Assembly: GCA_963824165.1 (NCBI GenBank)
Contig: CAWGOM010000002.1
Location: 744,286 to 808,285, forward strand
Length of the DNA: 64,000 bases
Source: an uncultured Acidobacteriota bacterium
Lineage (GTDB): Bacteria > Acidobacteriota > Thermoanaerobaculia > UBA5066 > Gp7-AA6
Direction: 5' to 3'
Under the pieces are notes generated by a model that did not search any database, was not told the origin of the DNA, and saw only the letters and a program-made list of their open reading frames with translations. Made by a program: the position numbers and the translations under genes. Positions 52,545 to 62,181 of the stretch are shown here, one piece after another (within the stretch, counting starts at the first letter, position 1; every line of letters begins with the position of its first letter).

Positions 52545-53663
52545 GTGACCGAGCGACCGCGGGCCGGCGTGCGGCCGGAGATCTGGATCACCCTCGCCTC
52601 GGTCGCGGGCTCTTTCCTCGTCTACTGGCCGTTCCGCGCGGACATGTCCGTCGTGTACCGCTTCTGGGACGGGCCGAACTACCTCACGGTCGCCCGGACG
52701 CTCTACGACGTCGCGCCCGGCAACCCGCTGCTCGCGTACGTCTACCAGCCCGCGTACTTCCTGACGCACCTGCCGCTCTACCCGCTGTGCGTCCGGGCGC
52801 TCGCGGGGCTCGCGGGGTACGAGCCGGCGCTGCTGCTCGTCTCGGTCCTCGCCTCGGCGGCCGCCGCCGTCCTCTTCTACCGGCTCGCGCGCGACGCGTG
52901 GCGCCTCCCGTCCCCGGAGTTTCTCGCGCTCGTCTTCCTGTTCCTGCCCCCGCGGTGGCTCCTCTATCGCTCGACCGGCGCGACGGAGGCGCTCGCGATG
53001 GCGTTGACGCTGGCGTCGATCGGGTTCTTCGAGAAGTCCCGCTACGGCCGGGCCTCGCTTCTCGGCGGGCTCGCGGCGCTGACGCGCATCTCGGGCCTGA
53101 TGCTCGCTCCCGCGTACGCCGTGGCGCTCGCGCGCGAGCGGAAGTGGCGGGCCTGGCCGTGGCTCGCGCTCATCCCGGCGGGCCTCCTCGCCTACTTCGT
53201 CTTCTGCGCCGTGCGCTTCGGAAATTTCTTCGCCTATCTCGCGCCGCACGGCGAGAAGGTCGCGGCGTTCCGGCCGTTCGGGTTCCTGCCGGCGCTCTTC
53301 GAGAAGGGCCTGTACCACCAGGCCGAGTTCCACATCCTGCTCTTCCTCGTGTACGCCGTCGGCACCTTCCGCCTGCGCGTCCGGTTCCCGGTCCTCTTCT
53401 GGTACTGCCTCTTCGAGCTCGCCCTGCTCGTGTGCGTCTCGACGGAGGACTGGAGCCGGTACTTTCTCGCGATGGCGCCCTTCGCCCTGGTCGTCGGCTA
53501 CCACGACGTCCTCGACACGCGCGCCTTCCGCTGGCTGCTCCCGGTCTTCGCGGCCCTCTCGGTGTACTACGCCTGGAGCGTGATTCCGTTGAACGGCTGC
53601 CGGCCGGACATCTACCAGGGGCTCCTCATGCACCTGGGGCTGGCGCCGGTCCCCGTCCCGTAG
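52545..53663 (+). CDS. GT-C-fold membrane glycosyltransferase (PIG-V/GT76-like)
   Basis: RFWDGPNYL.VA..Y, HLPLYPL..R, TEAL, LAALTRI.G. Confidence 0.7.
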   Translation: MTERPRAGVRPEIWITLASVAGSFLVYWPFRADMSVVYRFWDGPNYLTVARTLYDVAPGNPLLAYVYQPAYFLTHLPLYPLCVRALAGLAGYEPALLLVSVLASAAAAVLFYRLARDAWRLPSPEFLALVFLFLPPRWLLYRSTGATEALAMALTLASIGFFEKSRYGRASLLGGLAALTRISGLMLAPAYAVALARERKWRAWPWLALIPAGLLAYFVFCAVRFGNFFAYLAPHGEKVAAFRPFGFLPALFEKGLYHQAEFHILLFLVYAVGTFRLRVRFPVLFWYCLFELALLVCVSTEDWSRYFLAMAPFALVVGYHDVLDTRAFRWLLPVFAALSVYYAWSVIPLNGCRPDIYQGLLMHLGLAPVPVP

Positions 53664-56040
53664 GCCGGGCCCGCGTCGCCGCCGCCGCGGCGAGGGCCGC
53701 AAGCAGCGCCGCGGCCTGGATCGCGACGCCGCGGCGAAACGGGCCGCGGTCGTACTCGAGCTCGACACGGTGGCGCCCCGCGGGCACCGCCACCGCGAGG
53801 TCGCGGCCGTTGGCGACGCCGACGGGAGCGCGCAGGCCGTCCACGCGCGCGCGCCAGGCCGGGAAGAACGTCCTCGAAAAGAGGAGGTGGCCGGGAGCGG
53901 CCGCGTCGATCGTCGCGGCCGCGCGGTCGGCCCCGAGCGACTCGATCGCCACGCCCGCCTCCGACGGCGCCTGCGTCGGGTCCTCGTCGCGCGGACCGGG
54001 GAACGCGACGTCGGTCGACGGCTCGAACCGGTCCGAGCGGACGAGCTCGAGCGTTCCGGAGAGGGAGCGGCGGCGCCACGCGCGGCCCGCCCAGCGGAGC
54101 TCGGCGACCGGCTCCGGGTTTTCGTAGAGCACCAGCCGCCGGCCCGCCACCGCGAAGCCGGTCGACGCGCGAAAGAGCGGGTGCTCCTCGCCCTCGTCCG
54201 CGAGGGCCCACCGCGCGCCGAACGCGCGCAACAGCCGGTCGCGCTCGGCCGGCGTGGAGGCGTCGGCGACCTCGTTGGCCAGGCGATTGTAGAAGCCGTA
54301 CGAGCCGTCGGGGTCGGTCTCGAAGAGGTATCGGACGCCGAATTCCGCGGCGGTCGCGGGAACGAGTTGCTCGAGCATGACGCGGGCGGTCTTCTCCGAG
54401 CGCGGCAGGTCTCCCGGGGCGTCGACCGGGATCGCGCCGGCGTCGAAGCGGGGAAGCCGCGGCGAGACGTAGAGCCTCCCGTCCCCGGCCACGCGCGAGA
54501 CGAGCGCCGGCGGCCGGGCCAGCTCCGTCTCGCGGGCCGTCACGAAGAGGGGCAGTCCCCAGACGAGTGAGGCGACGAGGGTCAGCAGGCCGAGCACGTA
54601 CCCGGCCTCGCGGCGCACGCGCTTCCAGGCGAGCACGGTCGCGAGCGCGGCCAGCGAGCCGACCAGCGCGTCGCCCCGGACGGCCCCCCGGAACGCCGAG
54701 AGGAACCCGTCCGGGTTGGCGGAGACCGACGCCACCGCGGGCGACGCCCAGGCGTCGAGCGTTCCGCCCGGCGCGGCCATCCACCAGGCGGCCGCCAGGG
54801 CGGCGAGGACCGCCAGGACCGGGACGGCGTCGGCCCGGCCGGCGCGCCGGCGGGCCAGGGCTTCGGCGGCGAGCCCGGCCAGCAGCGCCACGCACAGGGT
54901 CGTGAGCAGGTAGAACTTGATCGGGTAGCGGAGCCTGCGCAGGAACTCGACCGCGTACACGAGTCGATAGAGGGGCAGGGCGAAGCCGAACGCGAGGGCG
55001 AGCGCCAGGAGGCCCCCGCCGGCCAGGGCGGCACAGCGGCGGCTCCAGAAGTCGCGCCGCAGCGCCGCGAGCAGGATCACGACCAGCGGCACGATCCCGA
55101 AGCTCACGCACCAGATGTAGACGATGCCGGCTTCGCCCGAGGGGGCCAGCCAGTTGGCGCCTCCGCCGAGCGTCCCCGGATCGCCGCCGAAGCGGGGAAG
55201 GAGCCATTCGATCGTTCGCGCCGGCGTCAGCGCCGCGGCGCCGAAGGCCTTCTCGGAATAGAGGTGCTGTCCGCGGTAAGTCAGCGGGAAGACCCGGGCG
55301 AGCGGGAGAAGCAGCGGGGCCGCGAGGGCGAGCGCGAGGAGCCCCGCCCCCGCTGTGCCGGCGAGGAGCGCGACGAGCCGCGGCCGTCTCTCTCCGCGCG
55401 GCGCGGAGACGGCGCGCGCCAGGCCGAGCGCGCCGGCGAAGGCCACGGTCAGAAGCGACAGCGCGGGCTCGCCGGCGAGAAGCTGCAACCCGAGCGCGAG
55501 GCCGAGCGCCACGGCGGCCCGCGCGGCAGCCTTTCGTCCCGGCGCGCAGACGAGCGCGAGCGCCGCGGCGGCGCACCAGGGCAGCCATGCGGCGGCGGCG
55601 ATCGAGTTCATGAAGGCCGCGCCGTACGAGAGCACCATGCCGGAAAAGGCGAAGGCCGCGCCCGCGAGAAACGCGGCGTCGTCCGCCAGGCCGAGCTCGC
55701 GGGCGAGCCGCCGCGCGCCGAAGAACGCCCAGAGCACGTGGAGCAGGAAGTGCAGGTTGAAAGCCACGGCGGGCGGGACGGCGAGCTCGAGCAGGAACGT
55801 GGGGTAGAGGAGCACGGCGTTGGGATTCGCGAGCAGCGGCTGGCCGCCCGAGGCCGCCTCATTCACGAAGGGCACCTCGCCCCTGGCCAGCGCGGCCGCG
55901 GCCACGCGCCGCCAGGGCCAGTGCGTGACCTGGGCGTCCCGGAAGACGAGCCGTCGCGTCCCCAAGATCTCGGGCAGGAGCGGGAGGGCGAAGAGTACGA
56001 CGACCGCGAGGCTCGAGGAGAGCGCGCGCCGCGAGGACAT
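53626..56040 (-). CDS. YfhO-like polytopic membrane protein (GT-C fold)
   Basis: FRDA...HWP, P..N....GGQPLLANPN...LYP, RYPIKF, C-terminal PAW.A.VDG....V.VP.G.HRV.L.Y. Confidence 0.78.
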   Translation of the reverse strand: MSSRRALSSSLAVVVLFALPLLPEILGTRRLVFRDAQVTHWPWRRVAAAALARGEVPFVNEAASGGQPLLANPNAVLLYPTFLLELAVPPAVAFNLHFLLHVLWAFFGARRLARELGLADDAAFLAGAAFAFSGMVLSYGAAFMNSIAAAAWLPWCAAAALALVCAPGRKAAARAAVALGLALGLQLLAGEPALSLLTVAFAGALGLARAVSAPRGERRPRLVALLAGTAGAGLLALALAAPLLLPLARVFPLTYRGQHLYSEKAFGAAALTPARTIEWLLPRFGGDPGTLGGGANWLAPSGEAGIVYIWCVSFGIVPLVVILLAALRRDFWSRRCAALAGGGLLALALAFGFALPLYRLVYAVEFLRRLRYPIKFYLLTTLCVALLAGLAAEALARRRAGRADAVPVLAVLAALAAAWWMAAPGGTLDAWASPAVASVSANPDGFLSAFRGAVRGDALVGSLAALATVLAWKRVRREAGYVLGLLTLVASLVWGLPLFVTARETELARPPALVSRVAGDGRLYVSPRLPRFDAGAIPVDAPGDLPRSEKTARVMLEQLVPATAAEFGVRYLFETDPDGSYGFYNRLANEVADASTPAERDRLLRAFGARWALADEGEEHPLFRASTGFAVAGRRLVLYENPEPVAELRWAGRAWRRRSLSGTLELVRSDRFEPSTDVAFPGPRDEDPTQAPSEAGVAIESLGADRAAATIDAAAPGHLLFSRTFFPAWRARVDGLRAPVGVANGRDLAVAVPAGRHRVELEYDRGPFRRGVAIQAAALLAALAAAAATRARPTGRGPAPAPGA

Positions 56041-56068
56041 CGCGAAGAGTGTACAGTGAGCGCCACGC

Positions 56069-57688
56069 ATGATCGACGCGCAAACCCGCGACGCCACGCG
56101 CGCGGCCACGGCGGTCCTCTTCGCGTTCGCCTTCTCGGCCGTCTTCTTCTCGGGTCTCTTTCCGCCCTTTTCCAACCCGAACGAGCTCTCGCGCCTGGAG
56201 GCGGTGGTGGCCGCCGTGGATCACGGCACGTTCGCGATCGACGAGGTGATCCCCCGCCTCGGCGACCACGAGGACAAGGCCGTCTCCGGAGACCGGACCT
56301 ACTCCAACAAGGCTCCGGGGCTCGCGTTCGCGGCCGTCCCCTTCTACGCGCTCTACCGGCTCGCGCTGCCCGAGCCCGGCTCGCCCGCGGCGCCCGTCTT
56401 CCCGTGGCTGCGCGTCCTCACGGTGACCGCGGCGGCCATTCTCGCGCTCGTGCGGCTGCGGCGGCGCCTGGGCCTTCAGATCGAGCCCGCCGCCGTCGCG
56501 CTCCTCTTCTGCGCGGCGGCGCTCGGGACGCCGTACCTCTTCTACGCCCGGTCCTTCTTCGCTCACGCGTGGACCGCGGCGCTCCTCTACCTGGCGTGGG
56601 ACGGCCTGATGACGTCGGACGAGCCCGGCCGTCGACGCGGCGGCTGGCTGGGGCTCGTCGCAGGGCTTCTCGCCGGCTGGGCCGCGATCTCGGAGTACAC
56701 GGTTGCGCCGCTCGCCGTCCTGCTCGCGCTGAGGTCCGCCGCCGGCGGCTCGTGGCGGCGGCTGGCGGCGTTCGCGGCCGGCCTCGCTCTGCCGCTCGCG
56801 CTTCTCGCGGCCTACAACGCGGCCTGCTTCGGCTCGCCGTGGATCCTGTCGTCGGCGCGGGAGGCGTACCCCGCCTACGGCGATCTCGCCTCGAAGGGAC
56901 TCTTCGGCTTCGGCGCGCCGAGCCTCGCCGTCGCGCTGCGATACCTCGTCTCTCCCGAGCGCGGGGTCCTGCTCTTCTCGCCGTTCCTGCTGTGGTGCGT
57001 GCCGGGCTTCTTCCGCTGGTGGCGCTCGGGCCGCGGCCGCGCGGACTGCCTGCTCGCGGCGGCGGCGACGCTGGGCTTCTTCGTGGTCATGACCGGTTAC
57101 CCGAACTGGCACGGGGGCTGGTCCCTCGGGAGCCGTTACCTGCTGCCGATCCTCTTCTTCCCGATCGTGGCCGCGGGCCATGCCCTGGCGACGCCGCTGT
57201 CGCGCGGCCTCTTCGCCGCGGCCGTCGTCTTCTCGGTCGCGAGCCAGTTCCTGCTGTCCTCGACCTTTCCGCACTTTCCGGACAACGTTCCCTGGCCCGC
57301 GGCGACGGGCTCCGCCTGGTTCCTCGCTCGCGGCTGGACGGCGCCGACGCTGGCGGGCATCTCCGGAATCGCGGGTCTCCTGCTTCCGGCCGCCGCCTTC
57401 CTCGCCGCCCTGGCCCTCTCCATCCGGGCGTCCGGCCCGCTCGCGCCGCGCGCCTCCGTGGCCGCGTTGCTCGGAGCGGCGCCGCTCGTCCTTCTGTTGC
57501 TGCGCCCGCCCGAGCTCGTCTACGGGGCGCGGCTGTGGCGGGCGGCGATGTTCGGGGCGTACTCGGGCCGCGACCCCGCGCGCGAGGAGCTCAAGGCCGT
57601 CGCGCTCGAGGCGGCGACCGACGGGCAGCGGCGCCAGGCCCTCGGGGCGTGGCGGATCTACGGGCCGCCGCCCGAACCGGCTCCCTGA
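56069..57688 (+). CDS. Polytopic membrane protein, probable GT-C glycosyltransferase
   Basis: First loop NPNE.SR...G.F.ID...DKA...YSNKAPG, W.GGWS.G.RYL. Confidence 0.62.
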   Translation: MIDAQTRDATRAATAVLFAFAFSAVFFSGLFPPFSNPNELSRLEAVVAAVDHGTFAIDEVIPRLGDHEDKAVSGDRTYSNKAPGLAFAAVPFYALYRLALPEPGSPAAPVFPWLRVLTVTAAAILALVRLRRRLGLQIEPAAVALLFCAAALGTPYLFYARSFFAHAWTAALLYLAWDGLMTSDEPGRRRGGWLGLVAGLLAGWAAISEYTVAPLAVLLALRSAAGGSWRRLAAFAAGLALPLALLAAYNAACFGSPWILSSAREAYPAYGDLASKGLFGFGAPSLAVALRYLVSPERGVLLFSPFLLWCVPGFFRWWRSGRGRADCLLAAAATLGFFVVMTGYPNWHGGWSLGSRYLLPILFFPIVAAGHALATPLSRGLFAAAVVFSVASQFLLSSTFPHFPDNVPWPAATGSAWFLARGWTAPTLAGISGIAGLLLPAAAFLAALALSIRASGPLAPRASVAALLGAAPLVLLLLRPPELVYGARLWRAAMFGAYSGRDPAREELKAVALEAATDGQRRQALGAWRIYGPPPEPAP

Positions 57689-59697
57689 GCGGGGTCGACG
57701 ATCTCGTAGACCGCCCACCGGGGCACCCAGCGGCCCCCGCGGCGGATCGCGGTCTGCGAGCGGTGCAGCAGCCGGACGCTCGAGAGCGGCGGGATCTCGA
57801 GGCCCGGGACGCTGCCGCCGCGCCCTTCGAAGTCGTAGAGGCGCGACTGCATGGTCGCGAAGTACTCGGGGGTGGGCACCTGGCCGCCGGGCGTGTCGCG
57901 GATCAGAGGCGGCCGGCCGAGGTACGAGGCGTAGTCGTTCATGCGGGGCACCAGGTCCGTCGCGACGATCCAGCGCGCGCGGTGCTTTCGCGCGATCGCC
58001 AGCGCCTCCTCCTCGCTTCCCGCGAGGAAGAAGCGGATCGAGTCGAGAAAGCCGTACCCGAAGTTGTTGGCGACGACCGGCAGCCCGGCCTCGTAGAGGA
58101 GGAGGTGCCCCATCGACCAGGGCGCGATCACCGCTGAAGCGCGGGCGAGCGCGGCGGGGAACGGCGGCGGCCCCAGCAGCGCCGGGTCGTAGGCGTCCAC
58201 CGCGTGCGGCAGCTCGGCGCGCATCCAGTCGAGGGTCTCGAAGAGGTCGGAGCCCGGCACGTGAACGCTCGCGAGCTCGGCCGAGAGCCCCTGGCGCATC
58301 GGCAGCGCGAGAACGAGGCCGACGGCGACCGCGGCCGGCGCCCGAAGGAGGCGGCCGGCCGAGGGCACGAGCCGCGGCAGGCGGTTCGCGGCGGCCCTCG
58401 CCGCCTCGACGAGGGCGAGCGCCGAGAGCACCGCCGCGTAGTGGACGTTCAGGCGCTGCGAGAGAGCGAGGAAGAGGACGACCGCGCCCCAGACCGCCAG
58501 GCCGACGTTGACGCCCGGACGAAAGCCCCGCACGGCCCGGCGCGCCCAGAGGAAGATCGCGACGGGGGTCAGGAAGAACGCCGCGGATAGCTGCTGCCAG
58601 GCGAGCGCCGGCCCGTCGGCGAAGAGCGGCCGGGCCTCGAAGATCCCCTTGAGCCAGTCCTTCGGGTAGGAGACGTAGCCGCCCTCGCCCGCCACTTCCT
58701 GCGTCGCCCCGGCGACGTAGCCGATTCCGTTGGTCAGGCCCGCCAGGAGCGGCCGCGCGAAGGGGAGCGTGGCCACGGCGACGGCGGCGACGACGAGAAG
58801 CGTTGTCACGAGCTCGCGGCGCCCGGCCCGCCGCTTCGCCGCGCGCGCGAGGAGGGCCAGCGCGGCCGTGCCTCCGCAGAGCGCCGCCAGAAAGAGCGGC
58901 TGAAAGAAACCGAACGACACGTAGGTCAGCGGCGGGGACAGCCAGCCGAGCCAGGCGGCCGTCGCCGCGCCCGTGACGGCGGCCGGCAGGCCCAGCGTCA
59001 GGACCGCTGCGCGCAGCACGCTGCGCGGGAGCAGGATCGATTCGAGGAAGACCGCGAGAGCGAAAACCGCTCCCAGGAAAACCGCGCCCTGCCAGGCGAG
59101 GACGGCGACCGCGAGAGCGAGCCCCGCCGCCGCCTCCCGCCAGGCCCGGCCGCGCGCTTCCGGATGCTCGCGGCTGCCGAGGAAGAGCACGAGGGCGAGC
59201 AGGCTGCAGAAGGACTCCGCCGCGTGCTGGTCCGTGTGCCCGTACTGCGTCCAGAGGATGTGGGCCGGACAGACCGCGAGAAACGCGGCCGCGGCCACGC
59301 CGGCGGCCGCGCCGTGCAGGCGAAACGCGAGCAGCCCCGCGAGCGCGATCGCGCCGGCCGCGAGCACGACCGGCACCCACGCCGCACCGCGCGCGACGGC
59401 GTCCGTCGAGGCCCCCGGGCCGTCCGCCAGCCGCGCCGGCGCCGCGAGGGCCAGGTCGAAGAGCGGCGGCCAGATCGGGACGCCGCCCTCGGGAAAGTTC
59501 ATGAGCGGATCGAAGACGATCGTGCGCGGGAAATTCGCCGCGGCGAACCGGGCGCGGCGCAGGTGATAGGCGGAGTCCGAGTCGAACGGCCGCAGGACGC
59601 CTCCGGCCGTGACCTGCGCGCGCGTGTGGAGCCGCAGGGCGACGCCGGCGGCGACGGCCGCGCACACGCCGAGCGCCAACGCGAGTCGACGAGTCAC
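57658..59697 (-). CDS. STT3-family oligosaccharyltransferase, archaeal AglB-like
   Basis: DSDSAYHLRR..NFP...FDP..NFP.G..WPPLFD, GHTDQHAAE, GIFEARPL, QRLNVHY, APWSMGH, ANNFG, FFLA.SEEEA. Confidence 0.8.
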   Translation of the reverse strand: MTRRLALALGVCAAVAAGVALRLHTRAQVTAGGVLRPFDSDSAYHLRRARFAAANFPRTIVFDPLMNFPEGGVPIWPPLFDLALAAPARLADGPGASTDAVARGAAWVPVVLAAGAIALAGLLAFRLHGAAAGVAAAAFLAVCPAHILWTQYGHTDQHAAESFCSLLALVLFLGSREHPEARGRAWREAAAGLALAVAVLAWQGAVFLGAVFALAVFLESILLPRSVLRAAVLTLGLPAAVTGAATAAWLGWLSPPLTYVSFGFFQPLFLAALCGGTAALALLARAAKRRAGRRELVTTLLVVAAVAVATLPFARPLLAGLTNGIGYVAGATQEVAGEGGYVSYPKDWLKGIFEARPLFADGPALAWQQLSAAFFLTPVAIFLWARRAVRGFRPGVNVGLAVWGAVVLFLALSQRLNVHYAAVLSALALVEAARAAANRLPRLVPSAGRLLRAPAAVAVGLVLALPMRQGLSAELASVHVPGSDLFETLDWMRAELPHAVDAYDPALLGPPPFPAALARASAVIAPWSMGHLLLYEAGLPVVANNFGYGFLDSIRFFLAGSEEEALAIARKHRARWIVATDLVPRMNDYASYLGRPPLIRDTPGGQVPTPEYFATMQSRLYDFEGRGGSVPGLEIPPLSSVRLLHRSQTAIRRGGRWVPRWAVYEIVDPAQGAGSGGGP

Positions 59698-59764
59698 GCC
59701 CGTGATTATGAGACCGTTCCCTCCGGCTCGCCGCGTCCGCTTCGCGTATCATTCGCCCAACGCC

Positions 59765-60463
59765 GTGAAGCTCTCCGTCCTGATTCCCGTCTACAACGAG
59801 GAGCGAACGATCGACGAGATCCTTCGCCTCGTCACGAGCGAGCCGACGGAGAAGGAAGTCGTCGTCGTCGACGACGGCTCGACCGACGGCACCCGCGAGA
59901 AGCTTCGCGCCTGGGACGGCCGGAACGGCGTGCGGGTGATCCTCCAGCCGGGTAACTTCGGCAAGGGTCGGGCCGTGGCGGCGGCGCTCGCCGCGGCCCG
60001 CGGCGAGATTCTCCTGATCCAGGACGCGGACCTCGAGTACGACCCGGCCGAGTACCCGATCCTGCTGAAGCCGATCGAGTCCGGCCGCGCCGACGTGGTC
60101 TTCGGGTCCCGATTCATCGGAAGCTCCGAGCACCGCGTCCAGAACTTCTGGCACCAGCAGGGCAACCGGCTGTTGACGCTCATCTCCAACGTGGTGACGG
60201 GCTTGAACCTCTCCGACATGGCGACCTGCTACAAGGCGTTCCACCGGCGCGTGGTGCCGTCGCTCGACCTCCAGTCGCCGGGCTTCGGCATCGACGCGGA
60301 GATCACGGCCAAGGTCGCCCGGGGCGGATTCCGGATCTTCGAGGTGCCGGTGTCCTACTTCGGCCGCTCCCAGGCGGAGGGCAAGAAGATCCGGCTGAAG
60401 GACGGGTTCGCGGCGCTGGTGTCGCTGGCGCGGCACTCGTTCGGGGCGGGCCCGAAGCGTTGA
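59765..60463 (+). CDS. GT2 polyprenyl-phosphate glycosyltransferase (DPM1-like)
   Basis: IPVYNEE, VDDGSTDG, N.GKG.A, IQDADLEYDP, GSRF, DM.TCYK, GKKI...DG. Confidence 0.9.
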   Translation: MKLSVLIPVYNEERTIDEILRLVTSEPTEKEVVVVDDGSTDGTREKLRAWDGRNGVRVILQPGNFGKGRAVAAALAAARGEILLIQDADLEYDPAEYPILLKPIESGRADVVFGSRFIGSSEHRVQNFWHQQGNRLLTLISNVVTGLNLSDMATCYKAFHRRVVPSLDLQSPGFGIDAEITAKVARGGFRIFEVPVSYFGRSQAEGKKIRLKDGFAALVSLARHSFGAGPKR

Positions 60464-62181
60464 GGCCGGCCCTCGGGGTCCTGGCCGCTCTCGCGCTCGC
60501 GGCGGCGGCGGTGTTCCTGGTGCGCGACCACACGCGCGAGGACGCCCTGTCGGCCGACGAGCCGATCCACATCCTCTCCGGCTACTTCGCCGTCGCGAGC
60601 CGGACGGCGATCGTCAACATCGAGCACCCGCCGCTGATGAAGGCGCTCTCCGGCCTCGCGCTCGCGGCCCTCCCGCTCGCCCCGCCCCCGGAGAAGGTCC
60701 CGATGGGGAACCTGTTCCTCGGCTACGGTCCGGACTTCTTCTATCGCAACCGCGTCCCGCCGGACCGGATCATCGCCGCCGCGCGCGCGCCGTTCCTCCT
60801 GGTCCTCGCCGGCCTGCTGCTCGTCGTCTTCTTCGCGGCCCGCTCGCGGTACGGCGTGGCGCCGGCCCTCTTCGCGACGGCGCTCCTCGCCTTCGACCCC
60901 AACCTCCTCGCCCACGCCGGGGTCGTCCACACGGACCTGGGGGCCGCGCTGGCGTTTCTCGCGACGGTGCTCGCCTGGGAGGCGGCGCGCGAGCGCCCGA
61001 CCGCCCTCCGGCTCGCCGGCGCCGCGGCGTGCCTGGGGCTGGCGCTCGTCACGAAGTTCTCGGCCGTGTACCTGGCGCCGATCCTGCTGCTCCAGACGCT
61101 TCTCGCCGCGCGGCGCGAGGGGTCGGGCCGGCGGGTCCTCGCGAGCCTCGGGCGCCTCGCCGCGGTCGTGGCCGGGGCGCTCCTCGTCGTCGTCGCGGTG
61201 TACGCGTCGGTCACGACGGGGATGGACCGGGCCGACCAGAAGACGATCATCCGCGAAAAGGTCGGCGCCCTCGGGAAGGCGCCGGCGCTGGCCGAGAGGA
61301 TCGTCGCCGTTTCCGACGTCTCGGCGCCGCTCGCCCATTACCTCGGAGGCCTGGCTTCGGTCGCGCGGCAGAACGCCGTGGGCGGCGGGATCACGTACCT
61401 GAACGGACGCGTCTCCACCGACGGCTTTCCCGAGTACTTCTTCGTGGCCTTCGCGGTGAAGTCGACCCTCGCGTTCCTCGCCGTGGCTCTCGCCGTCCTC
61501 GCGGCCTCGCTCCTGCGGCGGGCCGGGTTCGCGGAGGAGCTGCGCCTCTTCGGCCTCCCGGTCGTCGTGCTCTTCCTCGCGTCGATCGGCACGACGTACA
61601 ACATCGGGATCCGGCACCTCCTTCCGGTGTACCCGTTTCTCGCGCTCTTCGGCGCCGCGCTCTTCGCGCGGGCCTGGGCGCGCCGGTCCGAGTCGCTCGC
61701 GCGGCGCGCCGCCGCCGGGGTCTGGGCGGCCCTGCCGCTGCTCTCGGCGGTCGAGCTCGCGCGGATCCACCCCCACGAGCTGTCCTACTTCAACCCGCTC
61801 GCCGGCGGGCCGGAAGGCGGCGCCCGGATCCTGACCGATTCCAACGTCGACTGGGGGCTCGACCTGCGGCGCCTCCGGACGGAGCTCGCGCGGCGAGGCG
61901 TCAAGCGCGAGGACCTGATGGTCTCGTACTTCGGAGGCGACAACGTGTCGTACCGGCTGGGCGTCCCCGACTTCTCGGCGCTGCCGGTCGTGCGCGGGCG
62001 CCTGCTGGCGATCTCGGTCTTCCTGCTGACGGCGGGACCGGAATTTTCCGCGTATCATGGCGACGAGACGATGGCGGAGGCGCAGCGCGGGCTGCAGCGC
62101 GTGATCGCGCGCTCGAGGCCGGTCGGCCGCATCGGACATTCGATCTATCTCTTCGAGCTGCCGGAGCCAGAAACGCCGTGA
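60460..62181 (+). CDS. GT-C-fold glycosyltransferase (ArnT/PMT_2-like)
   Basis: ADEP.H..SG, NIEHPPL.K, HTD, TKFS, NIGIRHLLP, L.YFN.L.GG, DSNVDWG. Confidence 0.78.
   Translation: MRPALGVLAALALAAAAVFLVRDHTREDALSADEPIHILSGYFAVASRTAIVNIEHPPLMKALSGLALAALPLAPPPEKVPMGNLFLGYGPDFFYRNRVPPDRIIAAARAPFLLVLAGLLLVVFFAARSRYGVAPALFATALLAFDPNLLAHAGVVHTDLGAALAFLATVLAWEAARERPTALRLAGAAACLGLALVTKFSAVYLAPILLLQTLLAARREGSGRRVLASLGRLAAVVAGALLVVVAVYASVTTGMDRADQKTIIREKVGALGKAPALAERIVAVSDVSAPLAHYLGGLASVARQNAVGGGITYLNGRVSTDGFPEYFFVAFAVKSTLAFLAVALAVLAASLLRRAGFAEELRLFGLPVVVLFLASIGTTYNIGIRHLLPVYPFLALFGAALFARAWARRSESLARRAAAGVWAALPLLSAVELARIHPHELSYFNPLAGGPEGGARILTDSNVDWGLDLRRLRTELARRGVKREDLMVSYFGGDNVSYRLGVPDFSALPVVRGRLLAISVFLLTAGPEFSAYHGDETMAEAQRGLQRVIARSRPVGRIGHSIYLFELPEPETP

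Noticed and set aside
53626-53663. Convergent 3' overlaps (also 57658-57688 and 16073-16086)
   Set aside because: Short tail-to-tail overlaps are common in high-GC genomes where stop codons are scarce
55859-60436. Very long alternative-frame ORFs (e.g. 1525 aa here, and the upstream extensions of 36421..39978 and 42181..46179)
   Set aside because: Arg/Gly/Pro-rich shadow frames typical of high-GC DNA; only the segments with recognisable motifs are real
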